Source: the human T2T-CHM13v2.0 reference genome, Homo sapiens | Direction: 5' to 3' (one strand) | DNA length: 64,000 nucleotides | NCBI RefSeq assembly: GCF_009914755.1 | Contig: NC_060925.1 | Part shown: one piece after another, positions 1 through 16,532 of the stretch | Position numbering within the stretch: position 1 is the first letter of the stretch | How the letters are laid out: every line of letters begins with the position of its first letter | Made by a program: the position numbers and the translations under genes | Notes under the pieces: model-generated | What the model was told of the DNA's origin: nothing | Databases searched by the model: none | Seen by the model: only the letters and a program-made list of their open reading frames with translations

Positions 1-613
<613 letters not shown>

Positions 614-1214
614 TTATTAAATCCAGGAATTTAAAAAGAACTACATGTATTCATATTGTCTGCATTGTAATAAGGTATCTAAACATAATTCACAGTGTTA
701 AAATTATTTCTCCTATCTAGAAACCAAGAGCTTCCTTGTTAAAGTGTAAAATGAGATTTTGCCTACTTGTAACTCCTTGTTCTCACAGCTGAACTGTCAC
801 AGCATGAAAACATTTTCCTACTGGTAAAGCTTTAGATACCTATTTCCCTGATCAAAGAGTACAAAAGGAACGGAGTTACTGACAATTCATACAGTATCCC
901 ACACCCTATTCGAGTACAACCACAAGCAAAGAAAATACGTTAACTCTGAAGGGAGATGGGCAACAATGTTGTAAATGAGTGTTGACTTCACTGAGTAACC
1001 TGAAAATGCCCAAGACTGAAGTCTATTAGGTTCATAAGAGACTCAAGATTATAAAAGAATTGATTACAAGAGGTCTATTTCTTTCTCCTGTTGGGTGAGT
1101 CAAAGGTTAATGAGAAGTATACTGAACAAAACATCTCTTGTGTTACTGCAAAGTATTTCTCATGCAGGATAAAAATGTAAGTGAAAAAGTATTTTAATCT
1201 AGTTAATTAACTTC

Positions 1215-1356
1215 TTTTTTAAAAAAATAGCTTCACTGAGGCATAATTTATATGCCATAAAATTCACTCATTTTAAATGTTCAATTATTTTTTAAAACTT
1301 TAGAGATGTGCAACCTTTACCACAATCTAATTTTTAGAACATTTTCATCACCCCAA
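1215..1356 (-). mobile_element. Old L1 (L1M) 3' UTR fragment
   Basis: cttcactgaggcataattta...aattcactcattttaaatg...ttttagaacattttcatcacccca is typical of L1MB/MC 3' ends. Confidence 0.65.
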
Positions 1357-2529
1357 ATCCATTAATTTCTTGATCTATGGTATTTTCGTAAATTCACAGA
1401 ATCCAATGATATCTAAGGCTACTGTATATTTAAAGCCACACAAATTTCTTCAACTGAGCAATAAAAGTACAAAATGACCTCACTTTTAATGACCTTTATA
1501 ACCAATCCTCTACTCTGGCACTAGGAAGCAAATGTTCAGGTGCTTTCTCTGAAAGTTAAACCATTCTAAGTATTAAGTTATGGCACACTGTCTTGGAAAG
1601 AAATTAATTATATTTTTGTTGGTAACACATTTCAGGCTGTTTACACAGCTGACATTTCTCAGCTGTACCCAATTCATGCCCTAAGCTGTGAGGACTATTT
1701 TGTTTTGTAGCAGATGCCTCCACTTGAATGATTTCAGTAAGTATAAAAACACCACCGCCTGCAACAAATATAGACTACAAGTACCAGTTTTATGAGTTTT
1801 TATACTCCTAATGAAAAAGGTTTTACGACATATTATTTGGCCAGGATCTCCTCAGAATACTAGTTATAAGCCATTTTTGGCTAAATTCAAGCACTGGAGC
1901 TAGTGAATCTGCTGTGGCATCAGTTAAAAGCAGCCTGGCCCTAAACATCTTTGTTGTATCAAATCATGCAAGCTCAAGGCAACACCCTGCCAATGCCGCA
2001 ACATTTGCTCTGGGGAGGTGTGGGCAGGCACCACTTCACAGGTTCTGGGACAAGGTGCAAATGGCAATAATGAGGCTAAAAGAATCAAGCCTCTTAATAG
2101 GGATTCCCTCTTGTGTTTGCTGTGACTTAAGAGCACCAAGTAGTATTACAGTCTTGGAAACAAACAGTTTTAGCTGCTTTCCATATTTTCCTATAGTAAT
2201 TAGACTGCATGACAACTCTTTGGCAAAAAATTAAATGTTATAAAAACCATTAAAACATGGGTCTCATAAAAGACCATGCCAACTCAATTCAATGAATTAG
2301 CACCTAAAATGTATAAGGCACTATTTTACAGGCAGAAGAATTGATCATATTTCATCGACTTTGCCTATCATTCTTGGAACTTGTACCTGATAAGCCAATT
2401 TCAGTCTGGTTTCTACAAGGGTGGGGTGCAAAAGCAGTTGGCTTTTCCAACCCTGTGAAGCCCCACATTTCCAGAGTTTCTCTATTATCTTATGTCCCTG
2501 CTCTTAAACAAGACAACTATTTTTGCTTT

Positions 2530-2715
2530 AAACTTTTTATTATGAAAATTTTCAAATATATACAAAAGTTGAGAGAACAGTATAATAAACCCAATATATG
2601 TATCACCTAGATTCAACAATGATTGATAGATGCCTAATCTAAATTAGCTCTATCCTCACTCACTCTGCCACACATAGGTTATTCTGAAGCAAGTCTCAGA
2701 CATCACTTCATTTCT
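2530..2715 (-). mobile_element. Old L1 (L1MC/ME-like) 3' fragment
   Basis: ttttattatgaaaattttcaaatatatacaaaagttgagagaacagtataataaaccc motif. Confidence 0.6.
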
Positions 2716-2794
2716 TTAAACCAGCCAATTCTTGCCTGTAATTGTAATCTGTAATTACAATAACTTTTTTTGCAGTTATCTTAATTATAATGTC

Positions 2795-2920
2795 GACTCA
2801 TTTACTGAGTGTCTACTATGAGCCAGGTACTGTATTTATATTATCACTTATCTTCATAATAGTTCTGCAAATTAGTGACAAAATTAAAGCTCAGAGAATT
2901 TAATGATATGCTCAGGTCTT
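2795..2920 (-). mobile_element. MIR/L2-tail remnant
   Basis: catttactgagtgtctactatgagccaggtactg...aaagctcagagaa. Confidence 0.55.
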
Positions 2921-3248
2921 AATTATCTTCTTCTATTAATATTACTATTTCTTGTAACAAGTTCTTAGACAATACTGAGAACATTTCTGTTTTCTTCATG
3001 CCTCCTCAGGTAAACAGTAGACCATCATGTATGAACATTATTCTTTTATTTTTGTAAAAATAAAGGTAGCACATTTTCTATCAAATTTCTCACTCAAGCA
3101 AGAAAAACAACAAAAAAAAAACCACAAGAAAACCACAAACACATCCCTATCCTTAGCCATAGATGACCAGCCAATAATTCTAATTATATACTATAACATC
3201 AATGCTAAAATCAGTTTTTCAGAAACAAATTTAAGCACCTAAACCTAA

Positions 3249-3902
<654 letters not shown>

Positions 3903-4907
3903 CAAAAATAAAGGTTTTGCTATTTTCTGATTATTAAAGTTTCTGATTTTTAAAATTTCATAATCCACAAAGCATGTTCCAAAGGCATACTGTTTACATT
4001 GTAATTAGATTCAAGTAGCATCTACATAAATTGTCTTAAAACTTTTCTGTCTTCCACAAAGAATTCTTTTATATTAAAATATATAGTGGTGATGCTGGAA
4101 GAGGAGTGAACTGTAGTTATTATCCAGGCAGAAACATAATATTTACTAGAAAATGTTAAAAGATAATTCAATTCCTAGGCATAATCATTATTTCAGTATT
4201 GATCATTACAAGATGTTTACAAAGTCCCAATTTCTTTTTAGCCCTATTTATTTTAAAAATTAGATGTAACTTGAGATTTCCAGAAACATTCTCATTTTTA
4301 CTTTTACTTTTTAAAAAAACTTAGGTATCTGGTTAGAATAAGCAAGTTTATGGGGAAAAGTGGCCAAAACTGAATTTCAGATGGCCTCCTTATATAATGA
4401 AATTTACTCTCATAGAAAACAGCAATGAGTGGAAATGACAGAGATAGGAAAGGCTTCAAACATTTACAATAAGGAAATCATTATAAAATATATAATAAGG
4501 GTAAAAATGACAGACATTTTCTTCCAGCTTCTTATGGTAGCAAAATTTATGGGTATGTTTGAGATTAAAGTGTTATTAACTATAAAAATTAACTTTTAAG
4601 TATCAGTCTACTATGAAAAAGGTAGTTTTAAAATTAAATATAATGATTAGCTTGATTTTGAAATATCTGTAATTTAGGAAAGAAAATGTTTTTGCCTTGA
4701 ACATTTCATTAGTAGTATCTGAATATATTCTTCTCATCAAGAAAAAAACTAAGTCAAAGTCAAATCCAGCAGCATCAAATTTTTGCATTGATACTGTAAC
4801 ATTACCAACAGAATGTTGACCTGCTTGGCTTGTGATATCTGTTCTAAAAGTGAACTCAAATTATTACAACTTCTCTTACTTTCACATTGCTTGGTTTTAG
4901 ATATTTC

Positions 4908-5256
<349 letters not shown>

Positions 5257-5377
5257 TAGATAATTCTTTCAATGGAAGACTCAAAGCATTTAATTGTGCT
5301 TATTATCAAAGCCAATTAGACTGAAAGTGGCAAAAGAGAAAGGAGGATATAAAACTGAAAATTTGACTGTCACTTAC

Positions 5378-5464
5378 TGAGTCGTCTGTAGCAGAAGTTG
5401 GCCAGCCCTCCCATAATTGGTGGCGAACGGGGATACTTGTAAGGTCATACACATTTCTCTTTAC
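5378..5464 (-). CDS. FAF1: FAF1 internal coding exon (87 nt, phase 0-0; exon 8 by my recollection)
   Basis: Minus strand reads tttctttcttttcatAG|GTAAAGAGA...GACGACTCA|GTaagtg. Translates as VKRNVYDLTSIPVRHQLWEGWPTSATDDS, directly continuing ...SSTIQE in FAF1. Confidence 0.97.
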
Positions 5465-5985
5465 CTATGAAAAGAAAGAAACAGGACAATTAAAATAGAA
5501 TTTTCACGTGACTTACAGTTTCCAATCAATTTATGAGACATACAGTGTATTTCTTGTTTTCTTCTAGATTCAAAACAAGAATTTGAAACTATAAAAACCC
5601 AAGTCAAAAAATTTTGTAAAAAAGAACAAAATCAAATTTAAAAGCAGATTCTCAATGAAGACTAGATGAAATAAGAGTTAAGAAATATCCTCCCTCTCTT
5701 GTTTTCAACTCCTGGCTGACTTCATTTCTTTTCAGTCAAGAAACTTCAGGCACCCAGTTCACTAAGGGCAAAGTACGATTATACATTTTTATAATTTATT
5801 TAATCGTAAAAATGCACAATGATTCAAAACCAAAAACATATATTTCAAGTTTCTATGTGGAATAGTGAAGGGTAGTGGGGTTTTATTGAAGGGCAAGGGG
5901 GGCAGGGGAGGAAAAACCTAAAATTGTCTTCATATTTTTTATGTAAGTTTCAAAGATACAGAAACTTATTATTAAAGTAGCACAG

Positions 5986-6320
<335 letters not shown>

Positions 6321-6536
6321 TCAATCCAAATTAAAAACTATTTCATGTAATATTTACTAATATCAGAGCTATAGGCCCTTCCTGAAAATTAAATACAAAA
6401 AATGCATTAAAGATGAGAAACTATTTTTCCCAACATGCAACATTATACCTTTTACTTTGAAAGGAAAGGAGGTAAACTTATCAGAATAAAGTGTTGGAAG
6501 GTTAAACTCTACGTCAGCCAGTAATTAAGAAGTGTT

Positions 6537-7177
<641 letters not shown>

Positions 7178-7349
7178 TCAGGGTTTTTTTTTTCTATTTT
7201 AGTTTTTATTCACAAATAACGAATCATAATAATGGAGAGATTATCCATTTTAATTAATTCTTCAAGTTAATTATGGCATTATTATCCTACTGTATCAAAT
7301 GAAGTTAGGATTGAAATGCTCCCCATCATATGTTCTATGTTAAGACTTG

Positions 7350-7515
7350 AGGCCAGGCATGGTGTCTCATGCCTGTAATCCCAACCCTTTGGGAGGCCAA
7401 GCTGGGAAGATCAGTTGAGCCCAGCAGATAGAGGCAGCAATGAGCCACGACTGTGCCACTGAACTCTGGGTGACACAGTGAGACCCTGTCTCAAAAAACA
7501 AAACAAAACCCAAAA
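7350..7515 (+). mobile_element. Monomeric Alu (FRAM-like or arm recombinant)
   Basis: Single ~140-nt arm followed by an A-rich tail. Confidence 0.75.
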
Positions 7516-9140
7516 ACTTCAATAGGGTTCTTCATACTTCAACAAGCATCATGCATTTATGTTTTAAAAATGCAGAAGCCTAAAGTATCATGTTGTCCAA
7601 TTATAGCATTTTGTTTTCACATTACCCTTTCTTATACATAATCACATCTAAGTTACCATTCCAGTGAAATAGAGATACTAGTTCACTACGGAAAGGAGAA
7701 ACAAAAAATAAAACAAAAACACAGAACTCACTCTATTTTTATCTCTAATTCACACCTGTGGAAAAATGACTTAGTAAATGAGATCTGAGGAGCTTGGGGA
7801 ATGGCTTGATCTGTACTCAATTCAAACAAACAGGTTTTCTTTAGAGGTTCTTAGCAAATGGCTAGTCTACCATGCAATATTTTGTTTATAGTCAGTCACA
7901 TCATTTGGAAATTTTTATCAGTCATTATCAACCCAACAATTTAACCAAATGCAATTGGGTTAACCTCTAACCACTTTCACTAGCTGTTATTATTTTGTCA
8001 TTTTTAAACATTAGTGTTCTTAACGAGAAAGGTGTTCCACAAACCGAGAGTGTTACGTTAATAAAAGATGAAGGATAGAAGAGGGAGTATGAGGAGTCTT
8101 TAGGCTTCAAGACAAAATAATTTCTTAAAACTATTTCTTAAAATAATTAAGAAATTATTACTTTGAAATAATTTCTTGAAATTATTTTTCATTATGTTAT
8201 CTAGATATAACCAACCTTATCAGCTATTTTTGAAAAAAAGCAGGACAAATATTTACATCCTTTTGGAAAGGCCGCAAAGCTACCCTAGCATTGTAAAGTA
8301 CACACAAATACTATAAGTATACAAACAAATAACTTTGGAGTGGGATTCTTTGAATTCCACCTTAATTCCAAAATACAACAATAAAGTATTATGAAATAAA
8401 CAGTATTTTCTTTTTTCATTAACTCATCTGTAACTGCACTGAATTGAATAACATTCCTTTGCTATTCTAAGCCTGAAAAGCATGTCCTGGCTATAGTGTT
8501 ATGTTGGTATTAAGCACAACGCCAGACTGATGTGCTGAACAAAAGTGATCAAAGTCAGAGTAATGTTAGCCATTGCACAAGTATTTGGCTTCATTGTTCT
8601 CCCCAGAATGACATCTGTTAAGCAACTTGTCATAGAATAAACTGGCTAATGCAGACAGAACTTGGCTGAGAGAGTCCCATGTAAAGCATATTAGGCTAAT
8701 GTTTGATTGTTCCAATGCAAAGGCTAAATTCACAGAGTATTCTGAGTTTAAACTAAAAGAATCTTATGTTGAACCACAATCACTAAACAACAATTTAGTG
8801 TTTTTCAAAAATAATTCCATGCATACCAATGCTGTTACCATACGTAGATGTTACCAGTATATGGATGAAGCACAAGTGATAAGATAGCAAAAGCATCAAA
8901 AGAGTGGGGATTTTACTAATAGATTACAATTCCATTTTCTTTATTGATGGTTATATTTAATAAAAAATTGAAATCATAATCCTGCAGGGAAGAAAAAAAT
9001 CCAAAATGTACACAAAACATAAAAACGATTCTGAAAAAAGTTAGTATTCTAGGAAACCTCAATGATAAAATACAGCTTTGTATAAAATGATACAGATGAA
9101 TTTAAAGTCATCATGGATCAGATGAAGGACACAGTTCTTT

Positions 9141-9322
9141 CAGAGAAGGAGGGAAGATGAAGAAATATGAGGAAGAAAGAGGGAGGGGGAAGGGAAAGGG
9201 AGAAGAAGGGGAAAAGGGAAAAGGAGGAAAGAGAAGAGAGGAAGATGGAGGGTAAAGAGATAGGGAGAAATAGATGATAGGGAAAGAAAGAAGAGAGGGA
9301 AGTGAGAAAGAGAGGGGGAAGG
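9141..9322. repeat. Polypurine (GA-rich) low-complexity tract
   Basis: ~180 nt almost entirely A/G on + strand. Confidence 0.9.
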
Positions 9323-10425
9323 ACACTGATTGATTTGGGACTTGAGAGCACTTTAGAGAAGTAAAAAGAACACACGCACAGGCTGGGGTGCAGTGGCTGG
9401 CATGCCCAGCTGCCAATATTGTGCTGCTTCTGACGGAGTTTCATCTTTAGAGTATGTTAAATTCCAGTTAAGGACAAGTGGCACTTCACAGGGTAACATT
9501 TCCTAAGGGCCTTTTTGTCTTACACATTTTTTTTTTGATCAGCATTGGCTCAAGATCATGCTGAACCTTCATGATCTTTTCAATTCTTGTTTTACATGCA
9601 AATGTTTCAATTAGTTCAGGAGGAATTTAATAAATGCTTTGATTACCAGCTGAACATTAAACTTACATTACAAACTATACTGTATTTGGATCTAGAGTTC
9701 TAGATTGACAACAGATTTTCTAATTTGCATTCAAGATTTTCTAAAGGTATAGTTTAATTTCTTCCATATCGTTTCAGATAAGACAATCGTTTGCAACTGA
9801 GAAAATATATAAATCAGGTTAATTTTTAATAGTATAGAATATGGTACTGATTTGTTTCCTTATTTGTCATTGCTAATAAACACCTGTTTATATACTATAA
9901 TTAATGTGAAAAACTAAGTAATAATCTCTACTTCAAACTTCATACTTCCTCAATGTCTGTGGGAATTTCAACGCTAAACACAGCACTGGGGGAAAGATCA
10001 TTTCATTATAAGCTACTCAATATAAAATTATAAAAGTACCTTCATAACATATTCATCTCCCACAAACTTTTCTTTTGATTCATTTAAATTTTCAAACAGT
10101 TTTATTTTTTAGTTAAATTTCATCAGAATTTCTTAGGAAAGTAATTCTTAGGAAAAGTTGCTCTGCTAAAGGCTAAACCATGAAGCTCAGATTAGCCTCA
10201 AATGAGTTGTTCTAAACTATTTTTATATTGAAAAATATAAAATTCAGTAGATAACATTCTCAGTTATAATAAAACCATTCCTTGTGAGCTAAATATCTAT
10301 CAAACTATTGAAAAACTTTTAGGGAATTTTAAATGTCATTCAGGTATTATTCTCGTGAAAGCAAACTAATAAAAAAGTCACAAAGTTTAAGGTGTTGCGG
10401 CATACCTCGAGGCAGAGAACTAGAT

Positions 10426-10721
10426 TTCTTTCTTTTTTTTTTTTTCCCAAGACAGTCTTGCTCTGTCGCCCAGGCCAGAGTGCAGTAGGTTCTCGGCTTA
10501 CTGCAACCTCCACCTCCTGGATTCAAGCGATTCTCCTGCCTCAGCCTCCTGAGTAGCTGGGATTACAGGAGTGTGCCACCACACCTGGCTAATTTTTGTA
10601 TTTTTAGTAGAGACGGGGTTTCACCATGTTGGCCAGGCTAGTCTCGAGCTCCTGACCTTGTGATCTGCCCACCTTAGCCTCCCAAAGTGCTGGAATTACA
10701 GGCGAGCTACCTTACCCAGCC
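10426..10721 (-). mobile_element. Alu (AluS)
   Basis: TSD agagaactagatttct 10414-10429/10722-10737. Confidence 0.9.
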
Positions 10722-12613
10722 AGAGAACTAGATTTCTAATCCTAGTTCTGCTCAACTGTTACTGTGGGAAAATTGGTGGAGCCATTCTGAGACCTCATGT
10801 ACTCCACCTTAGAAGAGAATAAAACATGATCGTTTCTGATTTTCAAAGCTCCAAAATGTTATTATTTCGTGAAAATACTGGAGTTAATCCTAGGTACAGG
10901 AAAAGAGGTGCTAAACATATACAAGACAAGGAAGTAATGAGAGAAAATTTAAAACTATTAATGCTACAAAATGGAGAAACAATAGAAAAAAATATAACAG
11001 ACATCAAAAAGAAAAATGGCAAATAATTTCACATGAGAAATAAAGATAATAAGCATTTTAGTACTTTTTTTTGCATGAGATTTGGCATTTACTTTTATTA
11101 TACTTTTTAAAAAACACTAATATTTTCCCCTTATGAGATCTCATTTAAAAATAAAGCCTGTCACACTGGTTTCCCAGAAAACTATTCTATCAATCTAATG
11201 TCATCAAAGTGGTTATATGATTTTGCCAGAACGCTACTGTGATATAGTTTTCAAGTTTTATTAATTTATCTCAACATTTAAAATTTTTTGAAATCTGGCC
11301 CACGATTCTTCACATATCAAACATTTTGATATGGCAAAATACAAAAACAAAATGTTCAGTAATCAGTGCTTTAGTTTCTAGATTTTCTGAATTAAGATAC
11401 TATCGCACATCATAGTACAGCCCTTACAAAAAAGTACCCTGAAACTACAGCCATCCATCTCATTCTTTTATCATTCTTAGAAGAAAAAGGACTCTGGTCA
11501 TATGAAAACCTGAGCTTAGACCGAATTTTAAATATATCAAACTTAAGCTCCCAGTGCATCGCATTATCAGATGTTCTGGTTAAGAGTTTGTTAAATAACT
11601 GCATTGAGCAAATAAGTATTTGTATGTGTGTGTGTTTAAATCAAAATAAGGCATACAAACTAGGCTTAATTCCAGTATCCTAGCAATCACTGGCACTCTG
11701 AAAGGCTTATAGTTAAGAAAGCAGTCACTTCTGAATCAGAAGTGATTCAGAATGCGTTCTGAACACATACTTCATACCTAAGGCCTTCTTTTCCTCTTGT
11801 TTTTAAAAGTATTGTATACACGTTGCAGTTGCACATGGATTTGTTTTACTAAGATGCAAGTTAAAACCCTCCTTAAAATCCTTTCTGAACAAAAAACGCT
11901 TGAAACCGGATGGTGCAAGGGGAATGAGAAGGTGGCATCAGTAATCAAATGTTAATTAGCAAGCTTTTTTTTTCTTCCCCCTTCCCCCAGGGCTGGCCTG
12001 TGTTGGAGAATTCAAATCAGAAATCAATGCTCTAAGTGTTTAACTATTACTTCTTCTCATTAACCATTAAAAAGACCAAGCTATTCTCTCCTCATAAAAA
12101 CAGTAACTGGAGACATTTCTTTTTCTCAAATACTATCTTTCCAGAAAACAATGAAGATCTGTTTCAAGAAATCTATAAAATTGAAGTTGCTTTCAATCAG
12201 GCTTTGAACTGACTGGATTCTGCAGTTTTAAAAAATCTTTTGCCTCTAAATGAATTCTTCATTCTAATAACTGTAACTTAGTTTTGCTTTGTACCATACT
12301 TTAAAAACTTATTTCAACTCTTACTTGGCTATAAAGAAATTTGACAATTGCCTTTCTAAGAGATTACTAGGATGATGATAGTAAAGTTAATCAAATATGT
12401 AAACTAATTTAAATATATTAAGTTGGAGACGGATTTTGGCCATCCTGAAACACTACCCAGCATAAGATTTAACACTTCCATGGGTAACATGGTTATGTTG
12501 ATAATTTCCTATACTAAAAGTCTGATGTGGGTGAAAGCAACTTGACAATTGCAAAGTTAGATATTATTTAAAGTAACAACTAATAATCACACATTTATTA
12601 AAATGAATTTGTA

Positions 12614-12615
<2 letters not shown>

Positions 12616-12644
<29 letters not shown>

Positions 12645-12925
12645 GAAACGGAGTCTCCCTCTGTCGCGCCCAGGCTGGAGTGCAGCGGCGGGATCTTGGC
12701 TCACTGCTGCTAGCGCCGCCTCCCGGGTTCACGTCATTCTCCTGCCTCAGCCTCCCGAGTAGCTGGGACTGCAGGCACCCACTAGCGCGCCCGGCTAATT
12801 TTTTGTATTTTTAGTAGAGATGGGGTTTCACCATTCACAGGATGGTCTCCATCTCCTGACCTCGTGATCCGCCCGCCTTGGCCTCCCGAAGTGCTGGGAT
12901 TACAGGCGTAAGCCACCACCCAGCC
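12616..12925 (-). mobile_element. Alu (AluY-like), long poly(T)
   Basis: CpG-rich with AluY-like motifs; TSD atgaatttgtatcttt. Confidence 0.9.
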
Positions 12926-13143
12926 ATGAATTTGTATCTTTAGTAAAAGGTCAAACCTGGATTTTACGATAAAAGACAATTCCTAAAGTGCTAAGAAAAT
13001 GTTTATAGATGAGAAAAGCTAAACATATTTCACAAATTAAAAAGAAGCTAAATTTTAGAAGCTTTCTGAAAAACACAAGTTTATAGAAACTGTGAAGTTG
13101 CAGGGATTATAACTGAAAAAAAAGGTTAATTATTTTTCTACAA

Positions 13144-13633
<490 letters not shown>

Positions 13634-13927
13634 AGAAGCACCGCTTTAGAATGTGCAAATAATATATAGGCTCTTCCAGAGAGCCATGCCTCTCAAGTTT
13701 ACTGATACTAAAATTCTTTGAACTCTGCCTAAGGTGGCCAGTCACTTTTGAGAATAAATATAATTAATAATCATTTGTTACAGAAATTCTAAAAATGTTG
13801 CAATTTCATTTGGATGATGTGATTTTATTAGCCTAAGAAATTAATGAGAGAAGATACTACCTCTTTACTACAGACTTCATTGCATTCTCAGTTTAATCTA
13901 AATTTCTGCTAATTGAAAATCTGTTAA

Positions 13928-14226
<299 letters not shown>

Positions 14227-14439
14227 AATCTTTAGTTTTTCTGTCTCAAGCTTAAGTGTGACTGCTTCCTGGTCATAATACATATTTGGAACTTGCAGTA
14301 AACCTGCAAACTCACAATAAATGACCTATTGGTCTCACTAAATAAACTTGGAAGATATCTATATATGTCAGATAAACTGAAGAAATGTCCCTAACCACTA
14401 GAGAACTATGTTTGAGCCATATAAAACAACTAAACAGAA

Positions 14440-14756
14440 GGCTGGGGGCAGTGGCTCATGCCTGTAATCCCAGCACGCTGGGAGGCCAAGGTGGGTGGAT
14501 CACGAGGTCAGCAGATCGAGACCATCCTGGCTAACACGGTGAAAACCTGTCTCTACTAAAAATACAAAAACAAAATTAGCCAGGCATGGTGGCGGGCGCC
14601 TGTAGTCCCAGCTACTCAGGAGGCTGAGGTGGGAGAATAGCGTGAACCCAGGAGGCGGAGCTTGCAGAGAGTCGAGATCGCGCTACTGCACTCCAGACTG
14701 GGCGACAGAGCGAGACTCCGTCTCAAATAAACAAACAAACAAACAAACAAACAAAC
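14440..14756 (+). mobile_element. Alu (AluY-like) with (AAAC)n tail
   Basis: gagatcgagaccatcctggctaacacgg-type motif; gcgtgaaccc. Confidence 0.9.
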
Positions 14757-15447
14757 AGGTTATGTTTTCCTATCGTAGGCTAGCTGAAACAAGGCCCAAA
14801 AGAAATAGGTTAGTTTCCTAACAGTCAGACAAGACCTTGTCACGAAGGGCAATATTTCCTCTGTACACTTTATGGAAACAGTGAGGGAACAATACTTTTC
14901 CAATTATTTAATGGCTTAGTAAATAATATGAAAAAAATGTTTCTTACAGCCTGCAATAAATAAAATTACAATCACTCAATAAAAGCTCTTAAAATCTCAT
15001 TTAAAAATCAAGTAAATTAATCAATTTATAATTCTTTCCAGGAAGGAAAACACCAATTAAGCCCAGTCAATTTTAGAAATAACTGGAACAATTATAGAAA
15101 CATTTTTAGGAATTTTACTTTAACCTAACACCATTTTGTGAAATTCAATTTTATATAACACTTTAAAGATTGGACACATGAATCAAGAAATACTGTGGAC
15201 CTGAAATGTTTTGATTTTTAAATCTGAATTTTAGTAGTCAATCTGATACAATGTCAGAAGCAATATACTAGTTAATCTTAAAGACATAATCATACCTGTA
15301 ACCAAATATTTCGCTACAAGGATATTCATTGCAGCCTTGTTTATCATCACACAAAATCATATCAAAACACAAAATTGGCATAATCTAATATCCAATAATG
15401 TAACAGTTAAATAAATAAAATACTGTGCGGTTATTAAAGTGATGAAC

Positions 15448-15673
15448 CAGCATCAGCAAAGCAGAGCCCAGAGGTCAAATCCAGTCTACTGTCTGTTTCT
15501 GTCCATAAAGTTACACTGGAACACAGCCACATCCATTTGTTTACATATTTTCTCTGGCTGTTTTTGCACTACCAAGATAGCAGAGTTGAGTACATGTAAC
15601 AGAGACTGCATGGCCTAAAAAGCCCAAAATAGGAATTATCTGTCTCTTCCCAGAAAAAAATTTGCTGACCCCT
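15448..15673. mobile_element. MER58A (hAT-Charlie MITE)
   Basis: ...aaatccagtctactg...taaagttacactggaacacagccac...gagttgagtacatgtaacagagactgcatggcct...aaaatttgctgacccct. Confidence 0.8.
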
Positions 15674-15825
15674 AATATGGAAGAATATTTGGTTATATAA
15701 AAAGTTGTTACGTGATCTTTTTAAAAACCAGGTTACAAAATAATATGCATCTCTGTTTAAGTTATGTCTGTATAAGTATAGGTACATATGTATGCATACC
15801 ATATGTATGCACAGAAAAAAGATCA

Positions 15826-16075
15826 GGCCAGGTGCAGAGGATCACACCTGTAATCCCAATATTTTGGGAGGTCAAGGTGGGCGGATCCCTTGAGGTCAGA
15901 AGTTCAACACCAGTCTGGCCAACATGGTGAAACCCTGTCTCCACTAAAAATACAAAAATTAGCTAGGCGTGGTGGTGCATCCTGTAATCCCAGCTACTCA
16001 GGAGGTGAGACACAAGAATTGCTTGAACCTGGGAGGCAGAGGTTGCAGTGAGCCCAGATCAAAAAAAAAAAAAAG
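15826..16075 (+). mobile_element. Alu, 3' end of right arm missing
   Basis: Ends ...gagcccagatc then A15. Confidence 0.85.
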
Positions 16076-16144
16076 ACCAGGTGATCTGCCCGCCTTGGCC
16101 TCCCAAATTGCTGGGATTACAGGCATAAGCAACCGCGCCCGGCT
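16076..16144 (-). mobile_element. Alu left-arm 5' fragment
   Basis: caggtgatctgcccgccttggcctccc...cgcgcccggc. Confidence 0.8.
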
Positions 16145-16149
16145 GGACA

Positions 16150-16440
16150 CTTTTTTTGTGTTGAGACAGTGTCTTACTCTGTCACCCAGTTGGAGTGAAG
16201 TAGGGCCATCACAGCTCACTGCAGCCTGGATCTCCTGGGCTGATAAGATCCTCCCAACTCAGCCTTCTGAGTGACTACAGATGCATACCACCACACCTGG
16301 GTAATTTTTAAACTTTTTGTAGAGAGGAGGTATCATTATTTTGCCCAGGCTGGTCTCAAACCCCTGGACTCAAGCAATCCTCCCACCTCAGCCCCCTCAA
16401 AGTGCTGGGATTACAGGTTGTAAGCCACTGTGCCCAGCTA
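16150..16440 (-). mobile_element. Alu (AluJ-like)
   Basis: TSD ggacactttt either side. Confidence 0.85.
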
Positions 16441-16532
16441 CCGGACACTTTTATAATTGTAACGTGTATGAATCTTCTATGAAACCATTTGCACTTAATT
16501 CTAAACAGTGGTCATTAAGTAGTAACAAGTGG

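Noticed and set aside
1914-2234. 106-aa plus-strand ORF in unique sequence
   Set aside because: GTG start, antisense to FAF1, no recognisable domain or splice support.
9111-9444. S/P/F/L-rich ORFs
   Set aside because: Translation of the polypyrimidine strand of a low-complexity tract.
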